DNA of 40,257 nucleotides from Gemmatimonadaceae bacterium (lineage in GTDB: Bacteria > Gemmatimonadota > Gemmatimonadetes > Gemmatimonadales > Gemmatimonadaceae). This document shows positions 23,727 through 31,906 of this stretch, piece after piece. A program made the translations under genes and the position numbers. The notes under the pieces were generated by a model. It was not told the origin of the DNA. It saw nothing but the letters and a program-made list of their open reading frames with translations, and did not search any database. Where the stretch lies: assembly GCA_031380785.1 (NCBI GenBank), contig JANMWU010000429.1, forward strand, positions 1-40,257. The letters are read 5' to 3'. How positions within the stretch are numbered: position 1 is the first letter of the stretch; every line of letters begins with the position of its first letter.

Positions 23727-24488
23727 ATGGCCAACATGTTCGATCTGACCGGGAAGACGGCCCTCGTGGTCGGCGGAGCCGGCGATCTTGGTGCACCGAT
23801 GGCAGAAGCGCTGGCCGAGGCCGGCGCGAAGGTTGTAGTCATTGACGTTGATTCGCGTGCGATGGCGATCGCCGACAGCATGGCCGCGCGGGGATTGTCC
23901 GTGAGCGCGATACTGGCAGATATCGGGGACCGATCCGCCATCCGGAGTTCATACGCGGAGGCGCTGACTCGCCTGGGTGGGAGGCTCGACATCCTTCTCA
24001 ATACGGCCGGCATCCAGCGGCGTCACCCGAGCGAAGTGTTCCCCGAGTCAGACTGGGATGCCGTCATTGCGATCAACCTCGAGGCAACCTTCTTCTACTG
24101 CCAACTCGCCGGCAATACGATGATCGCGCAGGGCGGTGGGAAGATCATCAACATCGCCTCGATGCAGAGCTTCTTCGGCGGACTCACCATCCCGGCGTAT
24201 GCGGCGGCTAAGGGCGGTGTCGCACAACTGACGAAGGCACTCTCGAATGACTGGGCGGCGAAAGGCATCAACGTGAACGCGATCGCCCCGGGGTATATGG
24301 ACACGCAACTCAATACGGCGCTCATCAACGATCCGGTCCGCCACGCGGAAGTCATGGCGCGAATTCCCAAGAAACGCTGGGGTACCGGTGCCGACATGAA
24401 GGGAATCGTCGTGTTTCTCGCCTCAATGGCCAGCGATTACATTTCAGGTTCTGTTATCCCCGTCGATGGTGGCTACCTGGGGCGCTAG
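23727..24488 (+). CDS. Classical SDR oxidoreductase, KduD-like (2-deoxy-D-gluconate 3-dehydrogenase-like)
   Basis: FDLTGKTALVVGGAGDLG, the YAAAKGGV motif, and IPKKRWGTGADMKGIVVFLASMASDYISGSVIPVDGGYLGR, which resembles KduD C-termini. ATG 23727 is preceded by AAGGA 7 nt upstream; the ORF track opens at GTG 23703. Confidence 0.85.
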   Translation: MANMFDLTGKTALVVGGAGDLGAPMAEALAEAGAKVVVIDVDSRAMAIADSMAARGLSVSAILADIGDRSAIRSSYAEALTRLGGRLDILLNTAGIQRRHPSEVFPESDWDAVIAINLEATFFYCQLAGNTMIAQGGGKIINIASMQSFFGGLTIPAYAAAKGGVAQLTKALSNDWAAKGINVNAIAPGYMDTQLNTALINDPVRHAEVMARIPKKRWGTGADMKGIVVFLASMASDYISGSVIPVDGGYLGR

Positions 24489-24548
24489 CGCCCTCCTAAC
24501 CTTGTCCCCGGCTCAGCGCCAACGTCGGTGCTGGAAGGAAGCACGATT

Positions 24549-25409
24549 ATGCTCGCAGAGTCGCCTGCCGGTGTCTCGATCGCGGTGCGCGCCTGCCCTT
24601 TGTGTGGCGGGTTCGATTCCAGTCAGGAACAGTTCCGCCTGACTGGCTGGCTTCAGCGCTGCCAGGGATGCGACATGGTCTTCAGCGAGTCCGCAGCAAT
24701 CCCCGGTACGTTATACGAGGAGGCGTTCTCCGACACCGACCACTTCTACCACCGGTACGCGGACGAGGGCGAGAAGCTGCTTACCGGCGCCGGCACGCAT
24801 ATCGCATGGGGCTGGCGCCAGTTCTTCCGCACCGTCCCCATTCCGCACGGTGGTGGACGCATCCTCGATATCGGCTGCAGTACGGGCGTCTTTCTTTCAG
24901 AAGCGAAGCGCCGGGGTTGGAGCAACGTTGAAGGGATTGAGATCTCACCCTCCGCCGCTGCGTTCGCACGGCGGTTGCTGCAGTGTGACGTGCACGAGAT
25001 GCCACTCGAATCGGCCAATTTGCCAAGTGAGCGCTTTGACACTGTCACCGTGTACGAAGTCATTGAGCACCTGCTGGATCCTATCGGATTCGTGCGCGAA
25101 ATCACGCGTGTGCTCCGGCGATCCGGAACGGTGACGTTTACCACGCCGAACTGGGAAAGCGTTTGGGAGCGTAAGTCGCGTGACGTTCACCGTGCACCGC
25201 CGTACCACCTCAACTACTTCACACCCCGCACGATCACGAAGCTCCTGACCGGTGCCGGCTTCACGGATGTGCGCACGGCGCGCAAGCCGTTTGCCTGGAA
25301 GGAGGAAATCGGGCCGAGCGCTCCACTCCACCTCCCGCTCTCACTCCTTCGAAGTGCGCTCCTCGGCCAGCGAGGAAACCGACTTTTCGTCACCGCGCGG
25401 CGGGACTGA
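24549..25409 (+). CDS. Class I SAM-dependent methyltransferase with N-terminal CxxC...CxxC zinc ribbon
   Basis: Zinc ribbon CPLCGGFDS...RCQGCDMVFSE. Motif I is RILDIGCSTGVFL, followed by FDTVTVYEVIEHLLDP (Methyltransf_23-like). ATG 24549 is preceded by GGAAGGAAG; the ORF track opens at GTG 24528. Confidence 0.8.
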   Translation: MLAESPAGVSIAVRACPLCGGFDSSQEQFRLTGWLQRCQGCDMVFSESAAIPGTLYEEAFSDTDHFYHRYADEGEKLLTGAGTHIAWGWRQFFRTVPIPHGGGRILDIGCSTGVFLSEAKRRGWSNVEGIEISPSAAAFARRLLQCDVHEMPLESANLPSERFDTVTVYEVIEHLLDPIGFVREITRVLRRSGTVTFTTPNWESVWERKSRDVHRAPPYHLNYFTPRTITKLLTGAGFTDVRTARKPFAWKEEIGPSAPLHLPLSLLRSALLGQRGNRLFVTARRD

Positions 25410-25478
25410 ACGATCTGCTATGACGGGGCGCCGCGCCGTCTCGAATATGGCTCACGCCCCGCACCGGCCAAATTCCTT

Positions 25479-26720
25479 CTATCTCGAACTTTTCAGCGAG
25501 GCGTTCAACTCGTCCATCAAGTCCGCCATGAGAATTTCTGCGTTCCGACGATCGAAATGCTTGCGAACGTAGGTGAGTGCGCGTAAGCCCATGGCGTTCG
25601 CCTCTTGTGGATTGTCGCGAAGCCAGCGAACTCCATCCGCTAGCGCGCGACTGTCCTGCGGCGGCACGAAGAGCCCACCGCGCGACTTGTCGATCACATC
25701 GCGGATGACTCCATCGATCGCAATTATCGTCGGCCTTCCGCAGGCCATGTAGTCAAATACCTTGTTCGGATACGTCGTCCGGAACAGCGGGATGTCGAGC
25801 AGCGTCGCGACGCCGGCATCTGCGCCAGCCAGAAGCTCGGGTATGCGCTGCTTGGGTACAGCGCCCAAAAACTGCACGTTCTCGAGTTGACGAGCACGTG
25901 CCGACGACTCGAGGTCCGCTCGCTGTTGACCGTCACCGACCAGGACGAAGAGAATTTCTGACTCGTCGCGCATGAGTTCCGCAGCGTCGAGCATCAGGCT
26001 CAGACCATTCGCCATGCCAATCGATCCAGCATACATGACGACGAACTTTCCCTCCCACCGGTTTTCGCTGCGCACACGCTCTCGCGCCTCGGGTATCGGC
26101 CGGAATTGTTCGAGATCGACACCATTCGGAATGAGTCGGATACGGCTGGGTGGCACGCCCAGGGCCTGGAGCGGTTCGATGAAGCCAGGCGAGTTGATGA
26201 CCACGTAACGCGAACGCGAATACAGGAAACGCTCGAGACGTCGGACGGCCCAGATGACCCACCGGTTCTTGACAATGCCGAGCTGGAACGCGACCTCGGA
26301 CCAAAGGTCGCGTACCTCGTACACCATCGGCGCACGATGCCAAAGCGAGAGTACATACCCTGTGATGCCGAGGAAAAATGGGGGCGTACACGGGGCAATC
26401 ACGTCGGGACGCTGTTCACGGATTCCGACGACGATAGACGTCAGCATGAAGGACAGCAACGTGAGCACACGGTGCCCGAAACTCTTGTGGTACCCTTCGT
26501 ATGTCCACGCGCGCACGACCTCGTAGCCATCGAGCCTTTCACGCACTGACAGCCGCCCCTTGAACTCCGGCGGTACGGTGGCTGTCAGGTAGTTGAATGT
26601 CCCAGCCAGGCAGGTGACAGCATGCCGGCGTTCCGATAAACGACGCGCAAAATCGTTGCCGCGGCCGCTGCCGCCGTCCTTCAGCGACTGGAACGACTGA
26701 TGCAGAAATAGAATTCGCAT
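25479..26720 (-). CDS. GT4-family glycosyltransferase, WbuB-like
   Basis: 413 aa. MRILFLHQSF..GGSGRGNDFARRL (GT4 N-domain), FVVMYAGSIGMANGL, ILFVLVGDG, VQFLGAVP and YPNKVFDYMACGRPTII, as typical of WbuB-type GT4 enzymes. Confidence 0.85.
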   Translation of the reverse strand: MRILFLHQSFQSLKDGGSGRGNDFARRLSERRHAVTCLAGTFNYLTATVPPEFKGRLSVRERLDGYEVVRAWTYEGYHKSFGHRVLTLLSFMLTSIVVGIREQRPDVIAPCTPPFFLGITGYVLSLWHRAPMVYEVRDLWSEVAFQLGIVKNRWVIWAVRRLERFLYSRSRYVVINSPGFIEPLQALGVPPSRIRLIPNGVDLEQFRPIPEARERVRSENRWEGKFVVMYAGSIGMANGLSLMLDAAELMRDESEILFVLVGDGQQRADLESSARARQLENVQFLGAVPKQRIPELLAGADAGVATLLDIPLFRTTYPNKVFDYMACGRPTIIAIDGVIRDVIDKSRGGLFVPPQDSRALADGVRWLRDNPQEANAMGLRALTYVRKHFDRRNAEILMADLMDELNASLKSSR

Positions 26721-26854
26721 TGATCTTGTTGATGTTATGTCTCAATCTCTGCCACACCGGATGGCATCAGTCGGGATTCGCTGGGCCATTGCAATGGCTC
26801 GACTACCCGTATCGCCATTCCCAGTGGAGCAGTGTCGATGCACGTACAGGACTT

Positions 26855-28690
26855 TCATGCAGTCCACTGAACCTGAGTCCGCACGGTGCCGGCGCGTTCT
26901 ATCTCGACTTCCAGCACGGGGAGCTCGGTCTTCTGGAAGTAGAAGCGAGATTCCCACCCGCGCACGAGTTCATGGCGAACGACGGGTACGTCCGCAGTCA
27001 CGGTGATGCGAATACGACCGTTCGTGACGGTTGAACCGTCGAGCACCCACGTACCCGGATGCAATCTCCAGCGCAGCACGGCGCGCGTCCGAAAGCCAGA
27101 GACATCATCGACGACATCGAGCTTTCCCTCGCTCAAGGCGATCTGCCGTTCGTGACGCGCACCCTTCCAGTCGACGTAACTGGCAGTGAGGCGCTGTGCG
27201 TCGCCGTCGTGCGCAATAGCGCTGCGCGATGTTGTCGAGAGCCACGCACCCCACAGAAACCGGCCCACCTTCGGCATCTGCTCATGATCGTCAAACTGGA
27301 CGCTGTTCTGCCCGCGCGCACCGCCGAAATACGCTGCCCAGTCATGGCCTGCGTTGTAGCTGTATGAGCCTCCATCGCGTAACACAATCTCGTGGTGCAC
27401 GCGAAGGTCGACGTGCAGGGCGTCCGTGTGCCCCGGCCGGAATCGAAAACGCGGATAGCGGAGCAGCGCCATAGCGTCGCGCGCGATGAGTACACCGTAC
27501 CCGCCATTATCGAACAGCGTGCTCGCCGGCGGCTCGAGTGCGAGCGATGGTTCCGGCACGCCAAGCCATTGCAGGTGCGCATGCGCCTCGGCGAGCGCGG
27601 GGTACGCCGTGCGGTCGAGGAAGAGCGCGGCAGCGAGGTGCACTGCCGGTCGATAGTCACGGTAGTCGGCGTCGGTCAGCGGCAGCAGATGCGCGCCGTC
27701 GTTGGCGCCAAGATTCGGCGCATCGCCAGTCACCGGATCGACCATGGTGTGCAACCATCGAGTGGCCGCCGCCGCGCGTTCGGATACAACCGGGTCGAAT
27801 GGTGGCAGGTCGAGCCGACGACGCCAGACCTCGGTCAGCGACAGCGTTTCGAGCATCAACCTGTGGTAGTTCAGCGAATACTGACTGAAGCTTCCGTCAC
27901 TTTCGATCAGCCGCGCCGCTCTGTTGGCGAGCAGCGCACGACCTCGCGCCTCGAACGACTGCCCGCCTGCCACACCATGCCGCTGCAGCCAACTGCCACC
28001 GATGACGAGCGCCGCCGCCTCCGACGTGCCATGGTTGTTGTCCTGTCCCACGGCATATCCTGTAGTGGGTGCAATACGCGCGCAATGCAGTTCGAGCACG
28101 GACAGAAGCGCCGGGGTCGGTGAATCGATCGCATCGAGCAAGAGCGCAGCCGTGGCGAGGTGCATGGCGCGAATGGATGCTTCCTGACCACACTTCCAGT
28201 TCGCGCCGCGATACGGCGGGTTTGCTGCGCACCAGTCGTTGATCCAGTCGTTGAGCTGCTGCAGCGACGCACCGTCACCACTCTTTGCGCGCGACGCCGA
28301 TGCGACCGCCCAGTCGAATCGTGAAGCCTCCCACACCGTCTTGATGTCGCCGATGTCTGGATCGAAATCCGGGATGGTCCACCACGGGGCATCCGTGCGT
28401 CTGGCGGTGCCGCCGGTGAACGCATTCGCGTGCCACGCCGGTGTGCCGGTCAACGCCGGCTGGAACCATCCGAAATACCTTCCGCGCCCACGCCATGCGC
28501 GGGACGGAGTGAGTGACGTGAGATTCGTCGGCGGCAGGAAGAACTCGCCACGCGGCGTGCCTGGCACGCGAAGGCGCTGCACGGGATGGACGCCGTACTT
28601 CAGCCGCACCCGATACCACAGCACACGCATCACATTCGCGACACCGAGCGCGCGCACCGCACTGACACGGATCCGGAAGTTCGAAAACAC
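26855..28690 (-). CDS. Heparinase II/III-like (alginate-lyase-fold) protein, no signal peptide
   Basis: Motifs seen: QDNNHGTSEAAALVIGG, SDGSFSQYSLNYHRLMLETL (DG..E.S..YH pattern) and a C-terminal Hepar_II_III-like beta region (HTDALHVDLRVHH). The start was chosen at GTG 28690, 4 nt after the upstream TGA. The ORF-track start at 28777 would overlap wecB by 83 nt; ATG 28630 is another option. Confidence 0.8.
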   Translation of the reverse strand: MFSNFRIRVSAVRALGVANVMRVLWYRVRLKYGVHPVQRLRVPGTPRGEFFLPPTNLTSLTPSRAWRGRGRYFGWFQPALTGTPAWHANAFTGGTARRTDAPWWTIPDFDPDIGDIKTVWEASRFDWAVASASRAKSGDGASLQQLNDWINDWCAANPPYRGANWKCGQEASIRAMHLATAALLLDAIDSPTPALLSVLELHCARIAPTTGYAVGQDNNHGTSEAAALVIGGSWLQRHGVAGGQSFEARGRALLANRAARLIESDGSFSQYSLNYHRLMLETLSLTEVWRRRLDLPPFDPVVSERAAAATRWLHTMVDPVTGDAPNLGANDGAHLLPLTDADYRDYRPAVHLAAALFLDRTAYPALAEAHAHLQWLGVPEPSLALEPPASTLFDNGGYGVLIARDAMALLRYPRFRFRPGHTDALHVDLRVHHEIVLRDGGSYSYNAGHDWAAYFGGARGQNSVQFDDHEQMPKVGRFLWGAWLSTTSRSAIAHDGDAQRLTASYVDWKGARHERQIALSEGKLDVVDDVSGFRTRAVLRWRLHPGTWVLDGSTVTNGRIRITVTADVPVVRHELVRGWESRFYFQKTELPVLEVEIERAGTVRTQVQWTA

Positions 28691-28694
28691 AGCG

Positions 28695-29795
28695 TCAGCG
28701 AGTCGGGTACAGCGCTTCGAGAATGGAGACAATCCGCTCTCCGGTCGCACCGTCCCAGAGTGGAGGAATCGCGCCACGCTTCCACTTGCCGTCGAACAGA
28801 CGCATAAGCGCGGGGCCGAGTGATGCCGGATCGATCCCCAGCAACTCGTTCGTTCCGATGGAAACCGTCTCTGGTCGTTCCGTCGTCGTGCGCAGCGTCA
28901 TGCATGGCACGCCCAGATATGTCGTCTCTTCCGTTATGCCACCAGAGTCAGTGATGACGGCCTTCGCGTTCTTCGCAAGGAAGTTGAACTCCAGATACGG
29001 CTGGGGATCGACGAAATGCAGGTTGTGCGGAAACTCGGAAATGGACTCGAGCGACTTCGCCGTTCGCGGATGCACCGGGAAGATGACGGGCAACCCGCGC
29101 GCACCCGTCGCGACGGCCTGCAGGACGTCCGCGAGTCGGCGTCCATCGTCCACGTTCGCCGGTCGATGCAGAGTCAGCACAAAGTACCCGGACACCTGCA
29201 GGGCGAGATCCTCCCAGAATGTGGGAGGCCGGAGGCGCGGCAGATTGGCGATCAGTGTGTCGATCATCGTATTGCCGACGAAATGGATCCTGTCATCGTC
29301 GACCCCGGCACGACGCAAGTTCGCGTTGGCAACGTCGGACGTGGTGAAGAAGTGGTTCGTGATCGCGTCCGTGACGAGCCGGTTGATTTCCTCTGGCATC
29401 GTCCAGTCTCCGGAGCGGATGCCACCCTCGACGTGCGCGACGGGCACGCCAAGCTTTTGCGCCGCAATCGCACACGCCATCGTCGACGTGACATCACCGA
29501 CGACGAGACAGAGGTCCGACCGCGACTGCAGCAGCAAGGCCTCGTACCGCGTCAGGATGGCTGCGGTCTGCTCGGCCTGCGTGCCGGAACCGGATTCCAG
29601 ATTGACATCCGGCGTTGGGATGCCGAGTTGCGTGAAAAAATCACCGGACATCCGCGCGTCGTAGTGCTGACCCGTGTGCACGAGCCGGTACTGCAGGCTG
29701 GATCCGTGCCGACGTCGCTCATCCATCGCTCGAATAATCGGCGCGATTTTCATGAAGTTCGGTCGCGCGCCGGCAATGATGTCGATCAACGCCAC
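28695..29795 (-). CDS. wecB: UDP-N-acetylglucosamine 2-epimerase (non-hydrolysing), WecB/WbpI family
   Basis: Motifs seen: IIAGARPNFMKIAPI, VHTGQHYD, VAHVEGGIRSGD, FPVHPRT and ITDSGGITEETTYLGVPCMTLR. The start was chosen at GTG 29795 (VALIDII). The ORF-track start at 29903 adds 36 non-homologous residues inside the upstream gene. Confidence 0.9.
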   Translation of the reverse strand: MALIDIIAGARPNFMKIAPIIRAMDERRRHGSSLQYRLVHTGQHYDARMSGDFFTQLGIPTPDVNLESGSGTQAEQTAAILTRYEALLLQSRSDLCLVVGDVTSTMACAIAAQKLGVPVAHVEGGIRSGDWTMPEEINRLVTDAITNHFFTTSDVANANLRRAGVDDDRIHFVGNTMIDTLIANLPRLRPPTFWEDLALQVSGYFVLTLHRPANVDDGRRLADVLQAVATGARGLPVIFPVHPRTAKSLESISEFPHNLHFVDPQPYLEFNFLAKNAKAVITDSGGITEETTYLGVPCMTLRTTTERPETVSIGTNELLGIDPASLGPALMRLFDGKWKRGAIPPLWDGATGERIVSILEALYPTR

Positions 29796-31906
29796 GTGCG
29801 CTGGCCCAGTTCGATGGTCACGCGGCTCACCTCGAGCAGTTCGTCGATAGGAATCGGCGATGGCGAGCCGGATTCGATGGCCGAAACGAATGCGTTGGCA
29901 CACGCCTTCTGTCCCTTGTCCTGCGACCAGAGCTTCGTTGCCGTGAAGCCGGGCCAGCCATAGCCTGTCAGTTTGCGGAAATTGTCGAGCTGCAACACGC
30001 GCCCGGCGGCAAACACCTCGAGGCGCTCCTTGGGAAATGACTTGCTGCCATTTGACAGGTAGTTGACGACACCGATCGAACCGTCGTCGAAGGCAAGCTG
30101 CATGATGACACTGTCCCTCGTTGGCGAATCCATGACGCTCACCGACGCGTCACTGATCCGCACGCCTGCGAGGTGACGCAGCAGATCGATGAAATGACAT
30201 CCTTCTCCGATGATGCGACCACCACCGACCGATCGATCTTGCGTCCAGTGTTCCGCGGGCAATGGGCCGGCGTTGACGGTCATCACGAACGCCTTGGGCC
30301 CTGTGACACCTCGCAGCAGGCGCGCCACTTCGACGATCTGTGGTGCAAACCGCCGATTGAAGCCGACCATCAGTCGTGGTGCGATGCCCGTCGCCGCGAG
30401 TTCGGCATGGCAGGATTCAATGTCCGCAAGTTCATCGAGCGTCAGACAGAGTGGCTTCTCCACGAAGACACTCTTGCCCGACCGCAGCGCCTGCATCACC
30501 AGGCTCGCGTGACTGTCATGCCGCGTGGTGATGACAATCGCCGTGGTGTCCGGGTCATCGAGGACGGACTGCGTGTCTGTCGTCGTTGCGCTGAATCCGA
30601 ACTTGCGTCCAGCGTAGAGTCCACTCACGCCACTGCGGGACGCGACGGTCCGGAGCACGGCGCCGGCGTCGCGGAATGCCGGGATCAGCACCGCAATCGC
30701 GTAATTTCCCGAGCCAATCACGCTCACGATGGCCGACCGGGCGGCCGGTGGGTCCATGGCGGGTGCGAGCGTCACGGTGCGTGACGGCGGCGCCGTCAGC
30801 GTCGGAAACTCCAGTACGATACCGAGCGACGGCACGTCGCTGGAAACCAACGCGTACGCGGCAGGGGCGTCATCGATGGTGAACCGGTGAGACAGCAATG
30901 GCATCACGCGCAGCTGGCCGCTGGCCAGCATGTCGAGGACCGCCTCGAAGTTGCGCTGCTCCGTCCACCGCACGAAGCCGACTGGGTAGTCGTTTCCGTG
31001 CTCCTCATACAACGGATCGTATCGACCAGGACCGTATGACGAGGACACCTGAAACGTCAGCTCTTTCTTGTAGAAATCCTCGCGAGCGAGGTCCAGACCC
31101 ACTACACCGACCAGCACGATTCTGCCTCGCTGTCGACTCATCAGCGCGGCCTGATGCATCGGTTCATTGCTCTGCGTCGCAGCAGTAATCAGCACGGCAT
31201 CGACGCCACGGCCTCGCGAGAAGGACATTGCCGCTGCGACCGCGTCCTGCCCGGAAGCAAGATCGACCGTTTCTGCGCCGAATTCGCGGGCGAGCGCGAG
31301 TTTCGCCGGGTCGAAGTCCAGCCCGAGGACACGGCATCCCGCCGCGCGCAACAGCTGCACCGCCAGTAATCCGATGAGACCGAGACCAGTCACGACGACG
31401 GCTTCACCCAGCGTCGGTGCCACCAGGCGAATGCCTTGCAAGGCGATGGCGCCGAGAACCGTGAATGACGCCTCATCGTCGGAGACACCGTCGGGGATAC
31501 GCGCGCACAAGTTGATCGGCACACTGACCACTTGCGAATGCGCACCATTCGAAATGACGCGATCACCGATGGAGACCGTCGCAACGCCCGCACCGGTATC
31601 GGCAACGACACCGACATTGCAGTAGCCAAGCGGCATCGGCTGATCGAGCTTGTTTCGCACCGAGTTCACCGTCGGCATCAGACCGTCCGTGCGCACCTTG
31701 GCGAGCACCATCTTCACCTTGTCTGGCTGCTGGCGAGCCTTGTCGAGCAGGTTCGCCTTGCCGAACTCGACGAGCATCCGCTCGGTACCTGCCGAGATCA
31801 GCGTCCGCGTGGTGTGGATCAGCACCTGACCGCGCGACGCTCCCGGCGCGGGGATTTCTGCGACGTCAGTGACGCCGGACTTCAGTGATTGGAGAATCTG
31901 TTTCAC
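29786..31906 (-). CDS. Bi-domain oxidoreductase: N-terminal zinc-type/MDR alcohol dehydrogenase-like domain fused to C-terminal Gfo/Idh/MocA oxidoreductase domain
   Basis: The N-half has VKQILQSLKSG...ISAGTERMLVEFGKA...QQPDKVK and the Rossmann motif VVTGLGLIGLLAVQLL. The C-half has IVSVIGSGNYA, SVFVEKPLCLT, MVGFNRRF and EGCHFIDLL. The start was chosen at GTG 31906, which overlaps the asnB TGA (GTGA). Confidence 0.85.
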   Translation of the reverse strand: MKQILQSLKSGVTDVAEIPAPGASRGQVLIHTTRTLISAGTERMLVEFGKANLLDKARQQPDKVKMVLAKVRTDGLMPTVNSVRNKLDQPMPLGYCNVGVVADTGAGVATVSIGDRVISNGAHSQVVSVPINLCARIPDGVSDDEASFTVLGAIALQGIRLVAPTLGEAVVVTGLGLIGLLAVQLLRAAGCRVLGLDFDPAKLALAREFGAETVDLASGQDAVAAAMSFSRGRGVDAVLITAATQSNEPMHQAALMSRQRGRIVLVGVVGLDLAREDFYKKELTFQVSSSYGPGRYDPLYEEHGNDYPVGFVRWTEQRNFEAVLDMLASGQLRVMPLLSHRFTIDDAPAAYALVSSDVPSLGIVLEFPTLTAPPSRTVTLAPAMDPPAARSAIVSVIGSGNYAIAVLIPAFRDAGAVLRTVASRSGVSGLYAGRKFGFSATTTDTQSVLDDPDTTAIVITTRHDSHASLVMQALRSGKSVFVEKPLCLTLDELADIESCHAELAATGIAPRLMVGFNRRFAPQIVEVARLLRGVTGPKAFVMTVNAGPLPAEHWTQDRSVGGGRIIGEGCHFIDLLRHLAGVRISDASVSVMDSPTRDSVIMQLAFDDGSIGVVNYLSNGSKSFPKERLEVFAAGRVLQLDNFRKLTGYGWPGFTATKLWSQDKGQKACANAFVSAIESGSPSPIPIDELLEVSRVTIELGQRTWR

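Noticed and set aside
25422-25461. Possible hairpins (GACGG-9nt-CCGTC; CGGGGCG-24nt-CGCCCCG) in the 69-nt convergent gap between the methyltransferase and the WbuB-like GT4
   Set aside because: The stems are short or the loops large, and there is no flanking T-run on either strand. I cannot call a bidirectional terminator with confidence.
28723-29963. Two overlapping plus-strand ORFs (313 and 315 aa) antisense to wecB
   Set aside because: The minus strand has unmistakable WecB motifs (HVEGG, HPR, DSGG..EE). The plus-strand products are Arg/Ser/Pro-rich with no motifs.
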